IMG/VR virus record: IMGVR_UViG_3300028800_000095
Origin: an uncultured virus (IMG/VR IMGVR_UViG_3300028800_000095)
Taxonomy: Duplodnaviria > Heunggongvirae > Uroviricota > Caudoviricetes
DNA: 64,000 nt
Reading direction: 5' to 3' (one strand)
In this document: in pieces, positions 27,710-36,596 of the stretch
Layout of the letters: each line of letters starts with the position of its first letter
Numbering within the stretch: position 1 is the first letter of the stretch
Translations under genes and position numbers: made by a program
Notes under the pieces: generated by a model
The model's database searches: none
What the model saw: the letters and a program-made list of their open reading frames with translations, nothing else
What the model was told of the DNA's origin: nothing

Positions 27710-30313
27710 TTATGCTCCTCCGCTCATGGGACTTTCGTGGCCTTCCATCGCAGTCCCGGTTGATAAATTCGTTGAATGGCCAGTCTCGATCTTAGCAGCG
27801 GAGATCTCCAGAGCGGTAGCATTATCATCGGAGTTGATCTTCTGCTTACTATCGATCTCCGCCTGCGTGCGCTGATTATCGCCTTGCTGCTCGATGTTCG
27901 TCTGCTGCAATTCGAGCTGACCCTTAGCCTGATCCCCCTGCTGCTTAGTCTTCTCCAGGGCTTGAGCATTGCTACCCTTGATCTGCTCGATAGCCTGAGC
28001 GGTCGGGTCTGCCTGAGGCTTCGGTGCGAACTGCGCCGCCGTCTGTTGTGCCTGTCCGATTATCGGCATGACCTTTGAAAGAAGCTGCTGAAGCTTCCCG
28101 AGAACCTTTTCAGACCCCGCAGCAAGGGTCTTATCCATTTCCTTAGAAACACCTTTGTCCTTCATCTTCATGACCTTACCGAGATCGGTCCCGGAGGCAT
28201 GTTCGGTTAACTCGACGGTAAGGGTTAGGTAGAGGTAAAGGATATGTTCCTTTAAGTGCTGCAAGGCAGGACCAGTAAAGGTCGGGGCGATCAAAGGATT
28301 CTGGCCTAGGACCGGGCTCTGCATAAAGTCGCAAAGCAGCTGAATGTGTGCTAAGTGGTCTTGGTCAGGAAACGCCGTAACTGGACGGCCGAGCCCCATT
28401 GCAAGATTCTCATTAACCTGATTAAGCTCTGTAATCTGCGGCTGGGGTTTAAGGAGAGCCTTGGCGTTTGGTATCTTCGTCCGCTCAAGGATAAGCTCCT
28501 CAACCTTAAAAGCGTTGTAGAGCTCAGGATGTAGGTCCGCACGTTGTTGGATGATTTGAAGTTGCGCGAATCTCTGAACGTCTGAGAAAATCTCCGGATC
28601 AGAAACCGGCACGACGTCAACCGGTCCCTCGTAATCGCTCTGGTGGGCGAGCATTTCACCCGTGTCATCGAGGATGTCCTTATCGGTAATGTAGAGCCGG
28701 TTAATTCGGTGAAGGACTCCGATCACACGATCCATCGCGGAGTGCAATCTTAAGTGGATCGCGGCAAGGACCTTTAGTCCCTGCTCGATCATAGCCAGGG
28801 TAGTCCCAACGGGCATGTTTGCCCCGCCGTCCTCTGCAATCGTATCGAAGGTTGTGCGGACTACCTCCTCACCCTGCTCGGTACACCAACCAAGTAACTG
28901 GTAGAGCATGTTCGATGGAGGGTTAAAGGGGATCGGCATAATCAAGCTTCGAATGTCCCCCCCGAGGCTAGAGCCTTCGATTTCGTTAACCGTACAGGGA
29001 GCGAGGGTCATCGACTGCCCAGGCGTATTGCCCTTGATCTTAATTAGAGTTGGTACGTTCTGGACTAACGCCGTATCGAGCAAGGCCCGCAGACTTCCGG
29101 TACCGGCACCGGCGAGCGACCCCATGATATGGATTAACCCGACCGACTGCGCACCCCGCCACGGGATAAACGGGAAGTCGATCATCCAACACATATTCTC
29201 CTGCTGTTCGTCGGCCTCTTCCCAGTTACGAACAATCGAGAGAATGGTTTTAAGGTAGAGATCGACTTCGATCAGGTAGGGTTTCGGGCCATCACCTTTC
29301 GTCTTCTTGATCGATCTCGGGTCCGAGTCCTTAGCGCTGCGACCTCCAGCGATGCTTAGGTCATCATCATCGTCTTCGATGGTCGCAAGAGCCTCGACGA
29401 CGTAGATGGTTCGCAGTCCCTCCTCGTTATACGGAGAGCTGGTTAAGCCCTGGACTTGGTCCGTGGCGACCGCGGCCTCCGATTTATCTGGGGTTTGGGA
29501 AGGCGCTCCTAGATCGATCTCCCGATAGTACCCCTGCCTTACGCGGGCCTCGAATTCTGTTTGGGTGATCGTCTGCTTAAAGGTCCGGCGCTCGGAGGAG
29601 TAGAAGTCTGCCGCTGACTCGGGCAAGTAGACATCATCAATAGGGATAAAGGTCGGAACTGGTCTCTTCTTGCGAGAGTCGTACACAAGTCGTATGTACT
29701 GAGATCCCGCCAAAGGCTGCTGGGAGAGTAGCTTTTCAAGCTCGCTCCTGAATTCCGGCATCTGCCGTTTAAACTGCCAATTCATGTGGGCAGTCTTGCG
29801 CTTCGCCTTCTCGACCCGACCCTCGGTAGTCTCGCCAGGAATCCAATCCCTTACCGGGCCGTTCGGGGGCATCAGCTCCCCGATGGTATGCGATTGATAG
29901 TAGACGGTAGCTTTCGAGAGCATCGGGTGAACGGCTGTCGATCCGCCCTCGAAGGCGGGAGCACCGGGGGCCTCGTCACCTAAACCCGTGCGCTTGATCC
30001 CTTCCGAGTACTTATCATCCCGTTCCTTGCGCGAGTCCTTGTCGAACTCGATACGCTCAAGCAATTCGATAGCGAGCGTGTTAAGGGCGGTATTGTCAAG
30101 CTCCTCGGCTAGGTTGCAGTAGAAATCAGACTCACCCTCGTCCTCATCCTCGTCGTCTCCCATTTTAACGACGGCACCACCATCGTCGGTGTCCTCGACT
30201 CCGGTAGGGTTATCATCCGAGACGGTTTCGGTAGAGCCCTCGTCATCAGGCGAGTCCTGGTCTTGATCCTCGGGCTGATCCTCGTCGTCGTCTGGTTGGG
30301 TAGCCAAGATCAT
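27710..30313 (-). CDS. Portal protein
   Basis: 867 aa directly after TerL; NLAE, VHPML and PVGTTLAMIEQG motifs; Gln-rich C-terminal barrel. Confidence 0.85.
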   Translation of the reverse strand: MILATQPDDDEDQPEDQDQDSPDDEGSTETVSDDNPTGVEDTDDGGAVVKMGDDEDEDEGESDFYCNLAEELDNTALNTLAIELLERIEFDKDSRKERDDKYSEGIKRTGLGDEAPGAPAFEGGSTAVHPMLSKATVYYQSHTIGELMPPNGPVRDWIPGETTEGRVEKAKRKTAHMNWQFKRQMPEFRSELEKLLSQQPLAGSQYIRLVYDSRKKRPVPTFIPIDDVYLPESAADFYSSERRTFKQTITQTEFEARVRQGYYREIDLGAPSQTPDKSEAAVATDQVQGLTSSPYNEEGLRTIYVVEALATIEDDDDDLSIAGGRSAKDSDPRSIKKTKGDGPKPYLIEVDLYLKTILSIVRNWEEADEQQENMCWMIDFPFIPWRGAQSVGLIHIMGSLAGAGTGSLRALLDTALVQNVPTLIKIKGNTPGQSMTLAPCTVNEIEGSSLGGDIRSLIMPIPFNPPSNMLYQLLGWCTEQGEEVVRTTFDTIAEDGGANMPVGTTLAMIEQGLKVLAAIHLRLHSAMDRVIGVLHRINRLYITDKDILDDTGEMLAHQSDYEGPVDVVPVSDPEIFSDVQRFAQLQIIQQRADLHPELYNAFKVEELILERTKIPNAKALLKPQPQITELNQVNENLAMGLGRPVTAFPDQDHLAHIQLLCDFMQSPVLGQNPLIAPTFTGPALQHLKEHILYLYLTLTVELTEHASGTDLGKVMKMKDKGVSKEMDKTLAAGSEKVLGKLQQLLSKVMPIIGQAQQTAAQFAPKPQADPTAQAIEQIKGSNAQALEKTKQQGDQAKGQLELQQTNIEQQGDNQRTQAEIDSKQKINSDDNATALEISAAKIETGHSTNLSTGTAMEGHESPMSGGA

Positions 30314-31818
30314 CGACCTCCGTCATATGGGTTCTTTCGACTCTTGCCCTTAAGGACTCTTAGGGCCTCTTCGGTTGCCTTAACCGGATCAGAGCGAACG
30401 GTAAACTTAAAGCCGAAGCGATCCATCAGGTAGCGAATCGCTTGGGTGCCGGTATCGAGCAGATCGTCATGTTCTAAGCTCCCCTCGCCTACGTAGGTGC
30501 AGAACTGTGTGATAACGTCCTGAGCCCAGCTCTTCGGTTCCCCTTTCCTTTCCGGCCTCTCGGACTCTATAACCCATACCCTACGGGCAGGGAAGCAGGG
30601 GGATACGGCGTGTAGCCGGGACAGTTTGTCCATCGCGCCAGGATTATAGCTTTCCGTAAAGATGTTCTCTACTGCAAGCATTTGCCGTAGGGAAATGCCT
30701 GATCCTTTCTCCTCAATCAGGATTAGATCGGCAGGCCTGCCTTGGTGATTCGGTCTCTGCCCTTTTTGTAGAAGCGAAGGCTTGATAACCGGCTCGTCTG
30801 CATCCCCGTAGGTGTAGGTTTTCTGTAGCTTGACCCGGCGAATTAGCTCGGGCATACCGAGATGGTCTTCCCACGCATCGAGTAGCATCACGTGCTCTTT
30901 CCGGTCGTGATCGAAGAGACCCCACACCGTGCAACCGGTCGGATCTCCCGTTTGTTTCTTTTTATCCCAAGTCTCCTCGGTCAGAGCCGTATCAAGCGAC
31001 ATAATGATAAACCGGAACCGGGGCAGCGCTTTCCCGGCAGGCCAGAGCCGGAATTGGGATCTCTTGACAAACCCGCCTTCTTCCGGGTCTAGGATCTCGC
31101 CATAGAGTTCCTGTCTTCCTATTGTCGTCCCCTCGTACTTCGCGACATTCTCGTAGAAGGAGTCCGGCAGGTTCTCCGCGTTCTCGTAGGTTGTCCCGGA
31201 GACGACCACAGAGCGTGGGAGCTTAACGAGCTTTCGGATAAAGGGTTTCGGTTTCGGAGTGCCGGTCCAGAAGATGCGAGGGTGTTTACCGAGACGCAGA
31301 CCGAAGGACAAGTTATCCCAAGCTAAGTCCGGGTATCGCCAGGAGGCGATCTCGTCGAGCCAAGCGCGGCTAGCCTGCGGTCCACGAAGGCGCTCGGGAG
31401 AGTCGGCAGAGAAACCCCGGATGATCGAGTCATTCCACAGGACGATGTACGGCGGACTCTTGGTTGAAACCTTAATCAGAGACTTCGGTATGACCGAATG
31501 CAGACCGGTCGGCCCGTAGAAGCAGACACCGATTAAGTCTTCGTGGGTTGGGGCGATCACGAAGTTGTACGAACCCGGGTCACGACAGGCTTCGATCCCG
31601 AGCCAGTTTGCGGCGCAAAGTGTCTTACCGAAACCTCGACCGGACTTGATCCCGAAGTACGTCCACTCGTCGTCTTCTGGGGGAAGCTGCTTTTTACGAG
31701 CTTTCGCCTTCCACCCTAGCTGCCAGCGCAGTAGCTCTAGGTCCTCCCGGGTAAAGGCTTCTAGCTCCTTACGGAGTTCTTCAGGGACTAGCTTTAGGGG
31801 GAATGAAGCTACGGCCAT
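30310..31818 (-). CDS. terL: Terminase large subunit
   Basis: KQ motif, Walker A GRGFGKT, LRGPQ...WLDE Walker B, GTP coupling motif, RQELYGE, nuclease HDDLLD. Confidence 0.95.
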   Translation of the reverse strand: MAVASFPLKLVPEELRKELEAFTREDLELLRWQLGWKAKARKKQLPPEDDEWTYFGIKSGRGFGKTLCAANWLGIEACRDPGSYNFVIAPTHEDLIGVCFYGPTGLHSVIPKSLIKVSTKSPPYIVLWNDSIIRGFSADSPERLRGPQASRAWLDEIASWRYPDLAWDNLSFGLRLGKHPRIFWTGTPKPKPFIRKLVKLPRSVVVSGTTYENAENLPDSFYENVAKYEGTTIGRQELYGEILDPEEGGFVKRSQFRLWPAGKALPRFRFIIMSLDTALTEETWDKKKQTGDPTGCTVWGLFDHDRKEHVMLLDAWEDHLGMPELIRRVKLQKTYTYGDADEPVIKPSLLQKGQRPNHQGRPADLILIEEKGSGISLRQMLAVENIFTESYNPGAMDKLSRLHAVSPCFPARRVWVIESERPERKGEPKSWAQDVITQFCTYVGEGSLEHDDLLDTGTQAIRYLMDRFGFKFTVRSDPVKATEEALRVLKGKSRKNPYDGGR

Positions 31819-31845
31819 CCGGGCAGGATAGCGGATGTGTCCCCT

Positions 31846-32019
31846 TTATGGAAGTTTACGTTTCCCCTTGCCACCCTTGCGACCGGCAGCGGCGGCCAGT
31901 TCTCTGTTTAAGGAGAAGGCCCGCTTCTCAGGGGGGATCGCTTTCCCTCCGAGGCTCGCGATCTCCTTATGGCGTTCGGGATCGATGGCGGCGAACCCGC
32001 GCTTCTTAGGCTGCAACAT
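31846..32019 (-). CDS. KGG-repeat general stress protein (YciG/GsiB/Con-10-like)
   Basis: My translation, below the ORF-track cutoff: MLQPKKRGFAAIDPERHKEIASLGGKAIPPEKRAFSLNRELAAAAGRKGGKGKRKLP. Confidence 0.85.
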   Translation of the reverse strand: MLQPKKRGFAAIDPERHKEIASLGGKAIPPEKRAFSLNRELAAAAGRKGGKGKRKLP

Positions 32020-32476
32020 CTTTCCTATCCCTCGCCTCTTTTAGCTCCTTACGCAGATCCCTGTTCTCGGTTAACAGCTCAGTGATCTGTTCGGTTAACT
32101 TCGTAACCTGATCTAAGAGTTTCGTAAGTTGGGCGCTGTTATCCGGGGGCGGTGCCTCGGGTGCCTTAGCCCCGGCACGCACACCCCCAAGGCCTCGGGC
32201 TACCGCTGACTCGGGCTTATAGGTTTCTCTGTTTGTTGCCCTTGCCGCGCGTTGTGCGATCTCCTCGGGCGAGCGAGGCACGTGCTTGTAAACGATGCCC
32301 CGGTCCTTGCTCTCCTCGGAGGCGTTGCAGGCAAGACATTTCACCCAACCCCAGCGCTGGCCTCCGGAACCCATCTTGCCATCGGAGCCGATCAAGGGGA
32401 CTTTCGACCCCCGGGGGGAGGCCATCACCAGCCCGGGAACTAGACCGTTCTTACACTCCGGGTTTTGACACGTCAT
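32006..32476 (-). CDS. Zn-ribbon plus coiled-coil hypothetical protein
   Basis: C....C and CLAC pairs; C-terminal heptads; GAGG SD. Confidence 0.6.
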   Translation of the reverse strand: MTCQNPECKNGLVPGLVMASPRGSKVPLIGSDGKMGSGGQRWGWVKCLACNASEESKDRGIVYKHVPRSPEEIAQRAARATNRETYKPESAVARGLGGVRAGAKAPEAPPPDNSAQLTKLLDQVTKLTEQITELLTENRDLRKELKEARDRKDVAA

Positions 32477-32843
32477 CGAACACCTCTGGGTATGGCTTCC
32501 CCTCTAGGGAGAAGAGCTTATGATCAAGACCGGGGATCGCGACACGGGTAGTGATCTTTTGCAGGGCAAGTCTCCCCATCGCGGCAGTCTGGTAATCTTC
32601 GAGAATCCGATGACCCGGGCCATACCGCCAGTAGAGAGTAGGACCATACTCGGCCCGCAGTTCCGTAAACTGATTTAAGAGCGCAGCCCGTAGACTCTCC
32701 ATAGGAATCTGTGGTTTGCTAAAGAACCCGAGAGAGATGTACGGATACCGGTTGCCCTGCGGGTCCTGGTGAAAAGCTCTATAGTCCCCGTTGATGCAGT
32801 CGAAGAGCTTTTCAATCTCGGTAACCAGCTCATCAAGCGTCAT
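32451..32843 (-). CDS. Hypothetical protein
   Basis: 130 aa, GGAG SD. Confidence 0.6.
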   Translation of the reverse strand: MTLDELVTEIEKLFDCINGDYRAFHQDPQGNRYPYISLGFFSKPQIPMESLRAALLNQFTELRAEYGPTLYWRYGPGHRILEDYQTAAMGRLALQKITTRVAIPGLDHKLFSLEGKPYPEVFDDVSKPGV

Positions 32844-33060
32844 TAGGTTTCTCCTCCGGTTTCGGGAACCGGGCCATTCTCTGTTTAAGGATATGAAGGT
32901 ACTCGCTCATCGCATGGGCCTGGCGAGTTAACAGAGAACGCTCCTCGTCGGGCAGTCCGGCGAAGACCAGGTGCCGGTGAAACTCTTCGAGCTTCTTAAG
33001 CTTCTCCGCTAAGGCGTTATGCTCATCGACGATACGCAGCTGATAGGGTAATAGGGTCAT
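32833..33060 (-). CDS. crAss001_48-like helical hairpin protein
   Basis: PYQ.R...E...L..K..KL..F...F..L...E..LL..Q..AM..Y..IL..R pattern. Confidence 0.7.
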   Translation of the reverse strand: MTLLPYQLRIVDEHNALAEKLKKLEEFHRHLVFAGLPDEERSLLTRQAHAMSEYLHILKQRMARFPKPEEKPNDA

Positions 33061-33266
33061 GTCCCGTCTCCTCTTGGTCTTTCGAATCCGACATCGTTAC
33101 AGGCCTCGATCCGGTCGGCCGTAACCACGCGGGGCTTAAGGTCCGTGTTATCTTCTACCAGGTAGTGATCCGGCCCTAACTGCCGGATGATGCGCCCGCG
33201 AAACCAGAACTTGTAATTAGCCTGGCTCTTAAAGCGCACCGTCTGCCCGTAGTAGAACTTAGCCAT
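33057..33266 (-). CDS. Small SH3/KOW-like protein
   Basis: Start reassigned to MAKFYYGQTVRF; F..GQ.V...G.I pattern. Confidence 0.5.
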   Translation of the reverse strand: MAKFYYGQTVRFKSQANYKFWFRGRIIRQLGPDHYLVEDNTDLKPRVVTADRIEACNDVGFERPRGDGT

Positions 33267-33534
33267 CAAGCGCCGGTTTAAACTGCCCGCACCACTGCCC
33301 CTCGATAGCGGTAGGCCAGATGGCGTTCGTAAGCCACTGCGCTTTGCCGTCCGCCCCTGCAACGAGTTGGGCTACCGGCACCGGGGGGTGAAGTCTGCAA
33401 ATCCCCGTTGTCTTATGCAAGGCCCCGTAGAACGAGCATTTCGAGCAGTCACGTCCCGCAGGCCGCTCGATGATCTCCGGTGGAGGAGGAGGTGGCGCAG
33501 GCTGTAGAGCTTCCGGAATCGGTGTCTTCTCCAT
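33259..33534 (-). CDS. Cys-rich phage protein (CxxC..F, G.CR..PP, WCG.F)
   Basis: Four-Cys motif common in phage hypotheticals. Confidence 0.65.
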   Translation of the reverse strand: MEKTPIPEALQPAPPPPPPEIIERPAGRDCSKCSFYGALHKTTGICRLHPPVPVAQLVAGADGKAQWLTNAIWPTAIEGQWCGQFKPALDG

Positions 33535-33884
33535 TAGAGTCTCTCAAGTCGGTTGATCTGCCCGTGAAGAGAGATAAGACTCGCCTCGATGTTAGTGATC
33601 AGGCCGTGAAGTTGACTTACGGTCCCGGAGTTCTGTAGCCCCTCTTTATCCCTTCCCTCCTGTTCGGGCATCGAGCCAAAAGTACGATCAGCTATGATCT
33701 GTACTTTATTCCCGAGATCAGAGACATTCTTTAGGACCTCGGCTAACCGTGCCTGAAGAATTGACATCTGATGGTCCTGGGCTGCTCCGGCCTTTAGCAT
33801 TGACATCTGATGGTCCTGGACTGCTCCGGCCTTTAGCACCGAGCTACACTCGTTAATGCCACTTGTGTTCGAACGCGATTGCAT
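33534..33884 (-). CDS. Coiled-coil hypothetical protein with a 13-aa duplication
   Basis: Start reassigned to MQSRSN (AGGAG SD). Confidence 0.55.
   Translation of the reverse strand: MQSRSNTSGINECSSVLKAGAVQDHQMSMLKAGAAQDHQMSILQARLAEVLKNVSDLGNKVQIIADRTFGSMPEQEGRDKEGLQNSGTVSQLHGLITNIEASLISLHGQINRLERL
33760..33837. repeat. 39-bp tandem duplication (2 copies, 1 mismatch)
   Basis: ATTGACATCTGATGGTCCTGG(G/A)CTGCTCCGGCCTTTAGC twice, in frame within the CDS. Confidence 0.95.
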
Positions 33885-33958
33885 TTCTTGCTCCTGTTTA
33901 CGTCGTATTACACACCACGCACAATAGCATGGTTCTCCTCCGAGAAGGAATACGCCAT

Positions 33959-34156
33959 TCACGGCTCCTCCCCGGTTAATACCCAGTGATTGAATTGTTC
34001 GCGCGTCCAGCCGCGTAGGCGAGCGCGATACCAATTGCTCGGATCGTTCGCATCAATCGAACGGATACCGGAGTTGATGCTTGCGGCAATGGAAACCTTA
34101 CGGTCAGGCTTATCCCGCTCCGGTAGCTCCTCGTTATCCCACTGCCCTTTAGTCAT
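33959..34156 (-). CDS. Hypothetical protein
   Basis: 65 aa, ATGA overlap with the upstream gene. Confidence 0.55.
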   Translation of the reverse strand: MTKGQWDNEELPERDKPDRKVSIAASINSGIRSIDANDPSNWYRARLRGWTREQFNHWVLTGEEP

Positions 34157-34656
34157 TGCGGTCTGCCATCATCCACGTGCGGTTCGGAGAACGTCGGCGG
34201 AGTCACGCAACCGAGGTCGTGATCGGAAGTCCAAACAGCGATGTCCCCGGCCTTGCACTGGTGGATGACGAAACCCCCTAGGGGGGCCTGCTTAATGATC
34301 AGAGGATAGGAGCTGATGGTCTTTCTTGATGCTACGACGGTGCCGATAGAAGACCACGTAAGTTTCCCTGGGTCTACGGGTTTGGCTATCGGCAAGGAGG
34401 CGGCGGGGCAAGTGGCCCCAGCATCGCTGAGTAGGCCCGTCCCAGAGTCCTTATAGACGCAGCCTCCGTTAGGGAACGTAACAATAACTCCTTCCCCCGA
34501 GTTTAAGGGAACAAACGCTTTCTTCTCTGGTTCCGATCCCGGACCGGGAGCCCAAGCCAGAGTCGGTCGTGTAGGTGTTCCGGTTACGTGTGCGTAGAAG
34601 GCACCGAGACCTGACGCCGCGATGACAGCGAGAAGGAAACAGAGTAGGGTTTTCAT
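34153..34656 (-). CDS. Exported or membrane-anchored hypothetical protein
   Basis: MKTLLCFLLAVIAASGLGAFYA N-terminus; ATGA overlap. Confidence 0.55.
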   Translation of the reverse strand: MKTLLCFLLAVIAASGLGAFYAHVTGTPTRPTLAWAPGPGSEPEKKAFVPLNSGEGVIVTFPNGGCVYKDSGTGLLSDAGATCPAASLPIAKPVDPGKLTWSSIGTVVASRKTISSYPLIIKQAPLGGFVIHQCKAGDIAVWTSDHDLGCVTPPTFSEPHVDDGRPQ

Positions 34657-34874
34657 GCCGTTAGTATCCTTACGTTTCTCCACGGCCAGTGGCGATCAAG
34701 CTTGATCTTATGGTCTCCGCATCGTAGAGCGACGGGCTTCTTGTTCAAGTTTACATCCGTCTGCCCCTGCTCCCAAGCAAAGGTGCCGATGATTGCGTTG
34801 TTAATGCACCGTCCACCGCTCCTATCTAAACGGTGACCGCACTGCGCGTGGATAGGGGTTGCCTGCTTCGACAT
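34653..34874 (-). CDS. Small Cys/His protein
   Basis: 73 aa, AAGGAG SD, QC..RC..C.DH. Confidence 0.55.
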   Translation of the reverse strand: MSKQATPIHAQCGHRLDRSGGRCINNAIIGTFAWEQGQTDVNLNKKPVALRCGDHKIKLDRHWPWRNVRILTA

Positions 34875-35019
34875 GCTCTCTCCTTACACCTCGGCCTGCA
34901 CACTCTCAGCACGGCGTTGAATCCGGCCCGGTGTCCGCTCTCATTTAAGGAGTGACCTACCCGGATAACTCGTTTATTAAGTGTGCAGGCTCCGGATCGT
35001 TTACGTCGCTCCGGGGGTA

Positions 35020-35113
35020 GCTGCACCAGGTAGGAATCGAACCTACGCATAACCGGTAATCACGGAATCACCCGCTTTGTCAGTCTGCTCTACCTGTCTG
35101 AGCTACTGGCAGC
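35020..35113 (-). ncRNA. tRNA-like RNA with an expanded anticodon arm
   Basis: Minus strand: TA-GCTC-AGACAGGTA-GAGC D-arm; GTAGG-TTCGATT-CCTAC T-arm; imperfect acceptor stem; GACTG/CGGTT stem enclosing 25 nt. Confidence 0.7.
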
Positions 35114-35158
35114 CGCGTGATAAGCGCAGCCATCCAGCTACCCCCTCGGCATTCTGGG

Positions 35159-35524
35159 TTAGCCCCCGGTTGCAGCCGGAGTGGCAGCGGCAACGGCGGC
35201 GGTGATGTTCGCTACCTTCGTGCCGATGGCATTGACCGAGTCTACCAGGGCGGTAAAGTCAACGGTCGGCAACTGTGCTTCGAGTGCTGCGATCTGGGAG
35301 TTAAGGTTCGCGACTTCGGTAGAGATACCGGCGACCTCGGAGGTGACGGTTGTCCCGAGTGTGTCGACTGCGGTCTGGAGGGTGGCGATGGCGGCTGTCA
35401 AGTCGGCTGCGGTTTGCATGAGGTCTCCTAATCGTAAGATGATGCTTGCGTTCTGGCGTGCGATACGAAGATTCTGCTCTAGGAGCAGGTTAAGGGTTGC
35501 GCGATCCTGGCGGGTAAAGAACAA
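35159..35524 (-). CDS. Ala/Thr-rich coiled-coil protein (two possible starts)
   Basis: TTG at 35524 with GGGAG; in-frame ATG at 35419 with AGGAG. Confidence 0.65.
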   Translation of the reverse strand: MFFTRQDRATLNLLLEQNLRIARQNASIILRLGDLMQTAADLTAAIATLQTAVDTLGTTVTSEVAGISTEVANLNSQIAALEAQLPTVDFTALVDSVNAIGTKVANITAAVAAATPAATGG

Positions 35525-35729
35525 TTCGCTCTCCCTAGGGGGAGTCGGGGAGTGTTACCCGACAACGGAGCGAAGCTTAACGCTAAGAGCTTAAGCGTGC
35601 AAGCTGGACTGGTTTTACCGGGGAATCCGCATGATGTTTATCCCCCACGCCTGCATTAAGATGGCGCGCACGCTCTGCCGTACCTTCCAGTTTACCTTCG
35701 GCAGGTTCCTGGTATTGTACTTAAATGCC

Positions 35730-36044
35730 TTACTCACGGAATGCTTCTAACCACTTATCCGCCTCGCCACCCTCACCCCAGACCGGTAACCAGATCTTCT
35801 CCATCCCGGGTCGCAGGATCTCCGTGAACCGTGCGTGAGCCATTACCTTACTTCTCTGGTAGGTGGGGAGGAGTTCTCGCGTTCCGGGGTTTAAAAACCA
35901 TGCATCGACTGAAGTAAAATACTTACTCAAGTCGGTCTTAGGTGCGTTAGGTAGAAAGATCAGAGCCTTGTCTAACGCACGCCACGGGACTAGGGGTGCG
36001 CCAGCTGCGCCTGCGAGCATCGAAATAAAGCCACGACGGTTCAT
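35730..36044 (-). CDS. Twin-arginine-signal-like protein with capsid-like peptides
   Basis: MNRRGFISMLAGAAG N-terminus; ATGA overlap. Confidence 0.6.
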   Translation of the reverse strand: MNRRGFISMLAGAAGAPLVPWRALDKALIFLPNAPKTDLSKYFTSVDAWFLNPGTRELLPTYQRSKVMAHARFTEILRPGMEKIWLPVWGEGGEADKWLEAFRE

Positions 36045-36187
36045 GGAATAAAGGCGAAGCGGAGAATGGCTAGCAGGATGATCACCTCACCGTAGTCAAG
36101 GAGTAGCCCGGTAAAGCGTCTCCAGACTCTAACGAGGAGCGGAGGGTCAGGCGACCACGAGTGAACGTATCTATCGCGGACTCTCAC
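36041..36187 (-). CDS. Small membrane peptide
   Basis: My translation MRVRDRYVHSWSPDPP...VIILLAILRFAFIP; GTGA/ATGA coupling on both sides. Confidence 0.5.
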   Translation of the reverse strand: MRVRDRYVHSWSPDPPLLVRVWRRFTGLLLDYGEVIILLAILRFAFIP

Positions 36188-36411
36188 TTCGACCTCACAG
36201 GTGGGGTTTTTAATCCCTTATCCATCGTGTATGAATGCACTCTGCCCTGAACGCAAAGGACAACGAGGATCTTATCGTCCTTATCCAGTCCTATCGTCGG
36301 GTCGGCCTTAAGACACTCTTCCTGGGTGGTGTACTCCTTAAGTCCGGGCCAACTCTCGATAGAAGCAGCGTAAGGGAAACGAACCCAGAGAAGCATTATC
36401 CAGGTTGTCAT
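36184..36411 (-). CDS. Hypothetical protein
   Basis: Start reassigned to MTTWIMLL (ATGA overlap). Confidence 0.5.
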   Translation of the reverse strand: MTTWIMLLWVRFPYAASIESWPGLKEYTTQEECLKADPTIGLDKDDKILVVLCVQGRVHSYTMDKGLKTPPVRSK

Positions 36412-36596
36412 TCGATTGCCTTTACTGGTTGGTCGTAGAACCTGCGCTCTACTAGGGACTCGTCCGGCGTGCTGGACCGAAGCCAGTAGGGTGTATCGCA
36501 TTTGCAGTAGAGCCGGTTGTGATCGCACCCGGGGATAACCTTACGCGGGTGGGCAAACGCGTTAATGGTGCGGGTCTCGGTGGTCGATAGGGTCAC
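36408..36596 (-). CDS. Small Cys-containing hypothetical protein
   Basis: 62 aa, fills the operon between coupled genes. Confidence 0.45.
   Translation of the reverse strand: MTLSTTETRTINAFAHPRKVIPGCDHNRLYCKCDTPYWLRSSTPDESLVERRFYDQPVKAIE

Noticed and set aside
33760..33837. 39-bp repeat as a possible CRISPR array
   Set aside because: Only two adjacent copies, no spacer, and in frame in a CDS.
34826..35050. 74-aa ORF overlapping the tRNA-like element
   Set aside because: No SD; it starts inside the RNA element, and the downstream gene has its own AAGGAG start.
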